64,000 bases of DNA, taken from NCBI RefSeq assembly GCF_963921235.1, contig NC_086100.1:201130001-201194000 (forward strand). The letters are read 5' to 3'. This DNA is from Mobula hypostoma (taxonomy: Eukaryota). Positions within the stretch are counted from its first letter, which is position 1. Each line of letters opens with the position of its first letter. A model generated the notes under the pieces. The model saw only the letters and a list, made by a program, of their open reading frames with translations, had not been told where the DNA came from and did no database searches. The position numbers and the translations under genes are program-made. This document shows positions 63,470 to 64,000 of this stretch, in pieces.

Positions 63470-64000
63470 ACGGCAATGACAGGTTCATCCAAGAGGAGCT
63501 GGCCAAAGTTGATGGGAATGGGACACTAGGCAGAATGACAGCAGAGCAGCAATGACTGGAGTTTTGGGGGCAATTTAGAAGGTGGAGGGCAGATTCGTCC
63601 CAAAGCTGAAGTATTCTAAAGGGAGGATGAGGCAAGCGTGGCTGACAAGGGAAGTCAGAGACAGCATAGAGTCAAAAAGGAGAGCATAGAGTAGTAGCAG
63701 AAAAGAGAGGGAAGCTGAATGATTGGGAAGCTTTACAAAGCAACAAAAGCCAGTGAAAAACAATGAGGAGAGAAAAGATGAAATCTGAAGGTAAGCCAGC
63801 CAATAATATTAAATAGGGAGCCGAAAGCTTTTCTTCCAGAGGTAGAAAGAGTAAAATTAAGGCAGAGTGGACATCAGAGTGCTGGAAATGACACTGGAGA
63901 GGTAGTAATGGGAAAAAAGGAATGGTGAACAAACTGAATAAGAATTTTGCCAGCGAGGGGGAGAAGTGAATGTAATCACTGTTGCCAATGAGAAGCTGAA
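63470..64000 (+). mobile_element. CR1 ORF2 fragment running off the window
   Basis: EELAKVD..GTL..MTAEQQ, gtggctgacaagggaagtc (WLTREV), as in other CR1 copies. Confidence 0.82.

Overview
Eukaryotic, repeat-dense vertebrate DNA. The repeat mix (CR1, Rex1, RTE, L1, Penelope, V-SINE) suggests a cartilaginous fish, probably a ray (inference). One host gene can be reconstructed: the 3' half of an ADAM metalloprotease on the + strand. It has 8 coding exons (988-31845; 963 nt, 320 aa plus stop) with GT-AG junctions whose phases chain without frameshift. They encode disintegrin, Cys-rich, EGF-like, transmembrane and short cytoplasmic domains, and a probable non-coding last exon follows at 33730-~34170. 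The protein is ADAM15/12/19/33-like and has RGE where human ADAM15 has RGD. Almost all other ORFs in the supplied track are decayed retrotransposon frames or low-complexity artefacts. Most notable observations: (1) minimal hammerhead ribozymes in Penelope-like elements, one apparently intact at 37035-37070; (2) head-to-head Penelope-end hairpins whose junctions fall inside that ribozyme; (3) possible soluble and alternative-tail ADAM isoforms; (4) a dense intronic AP-1/E-box cluster; (5) multi-layer transposon nests with target-site duplications (TSDs); (6) hairpin-bearing and polypyrimidine minisatellites; (7) a ~1.5 kb pyrimidine/purine imperfect palindrome next to an unidentified coding-like island. 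No database searches were run. Repeat boundaries without TSDs are approximate, and I found no demonstrably new system.
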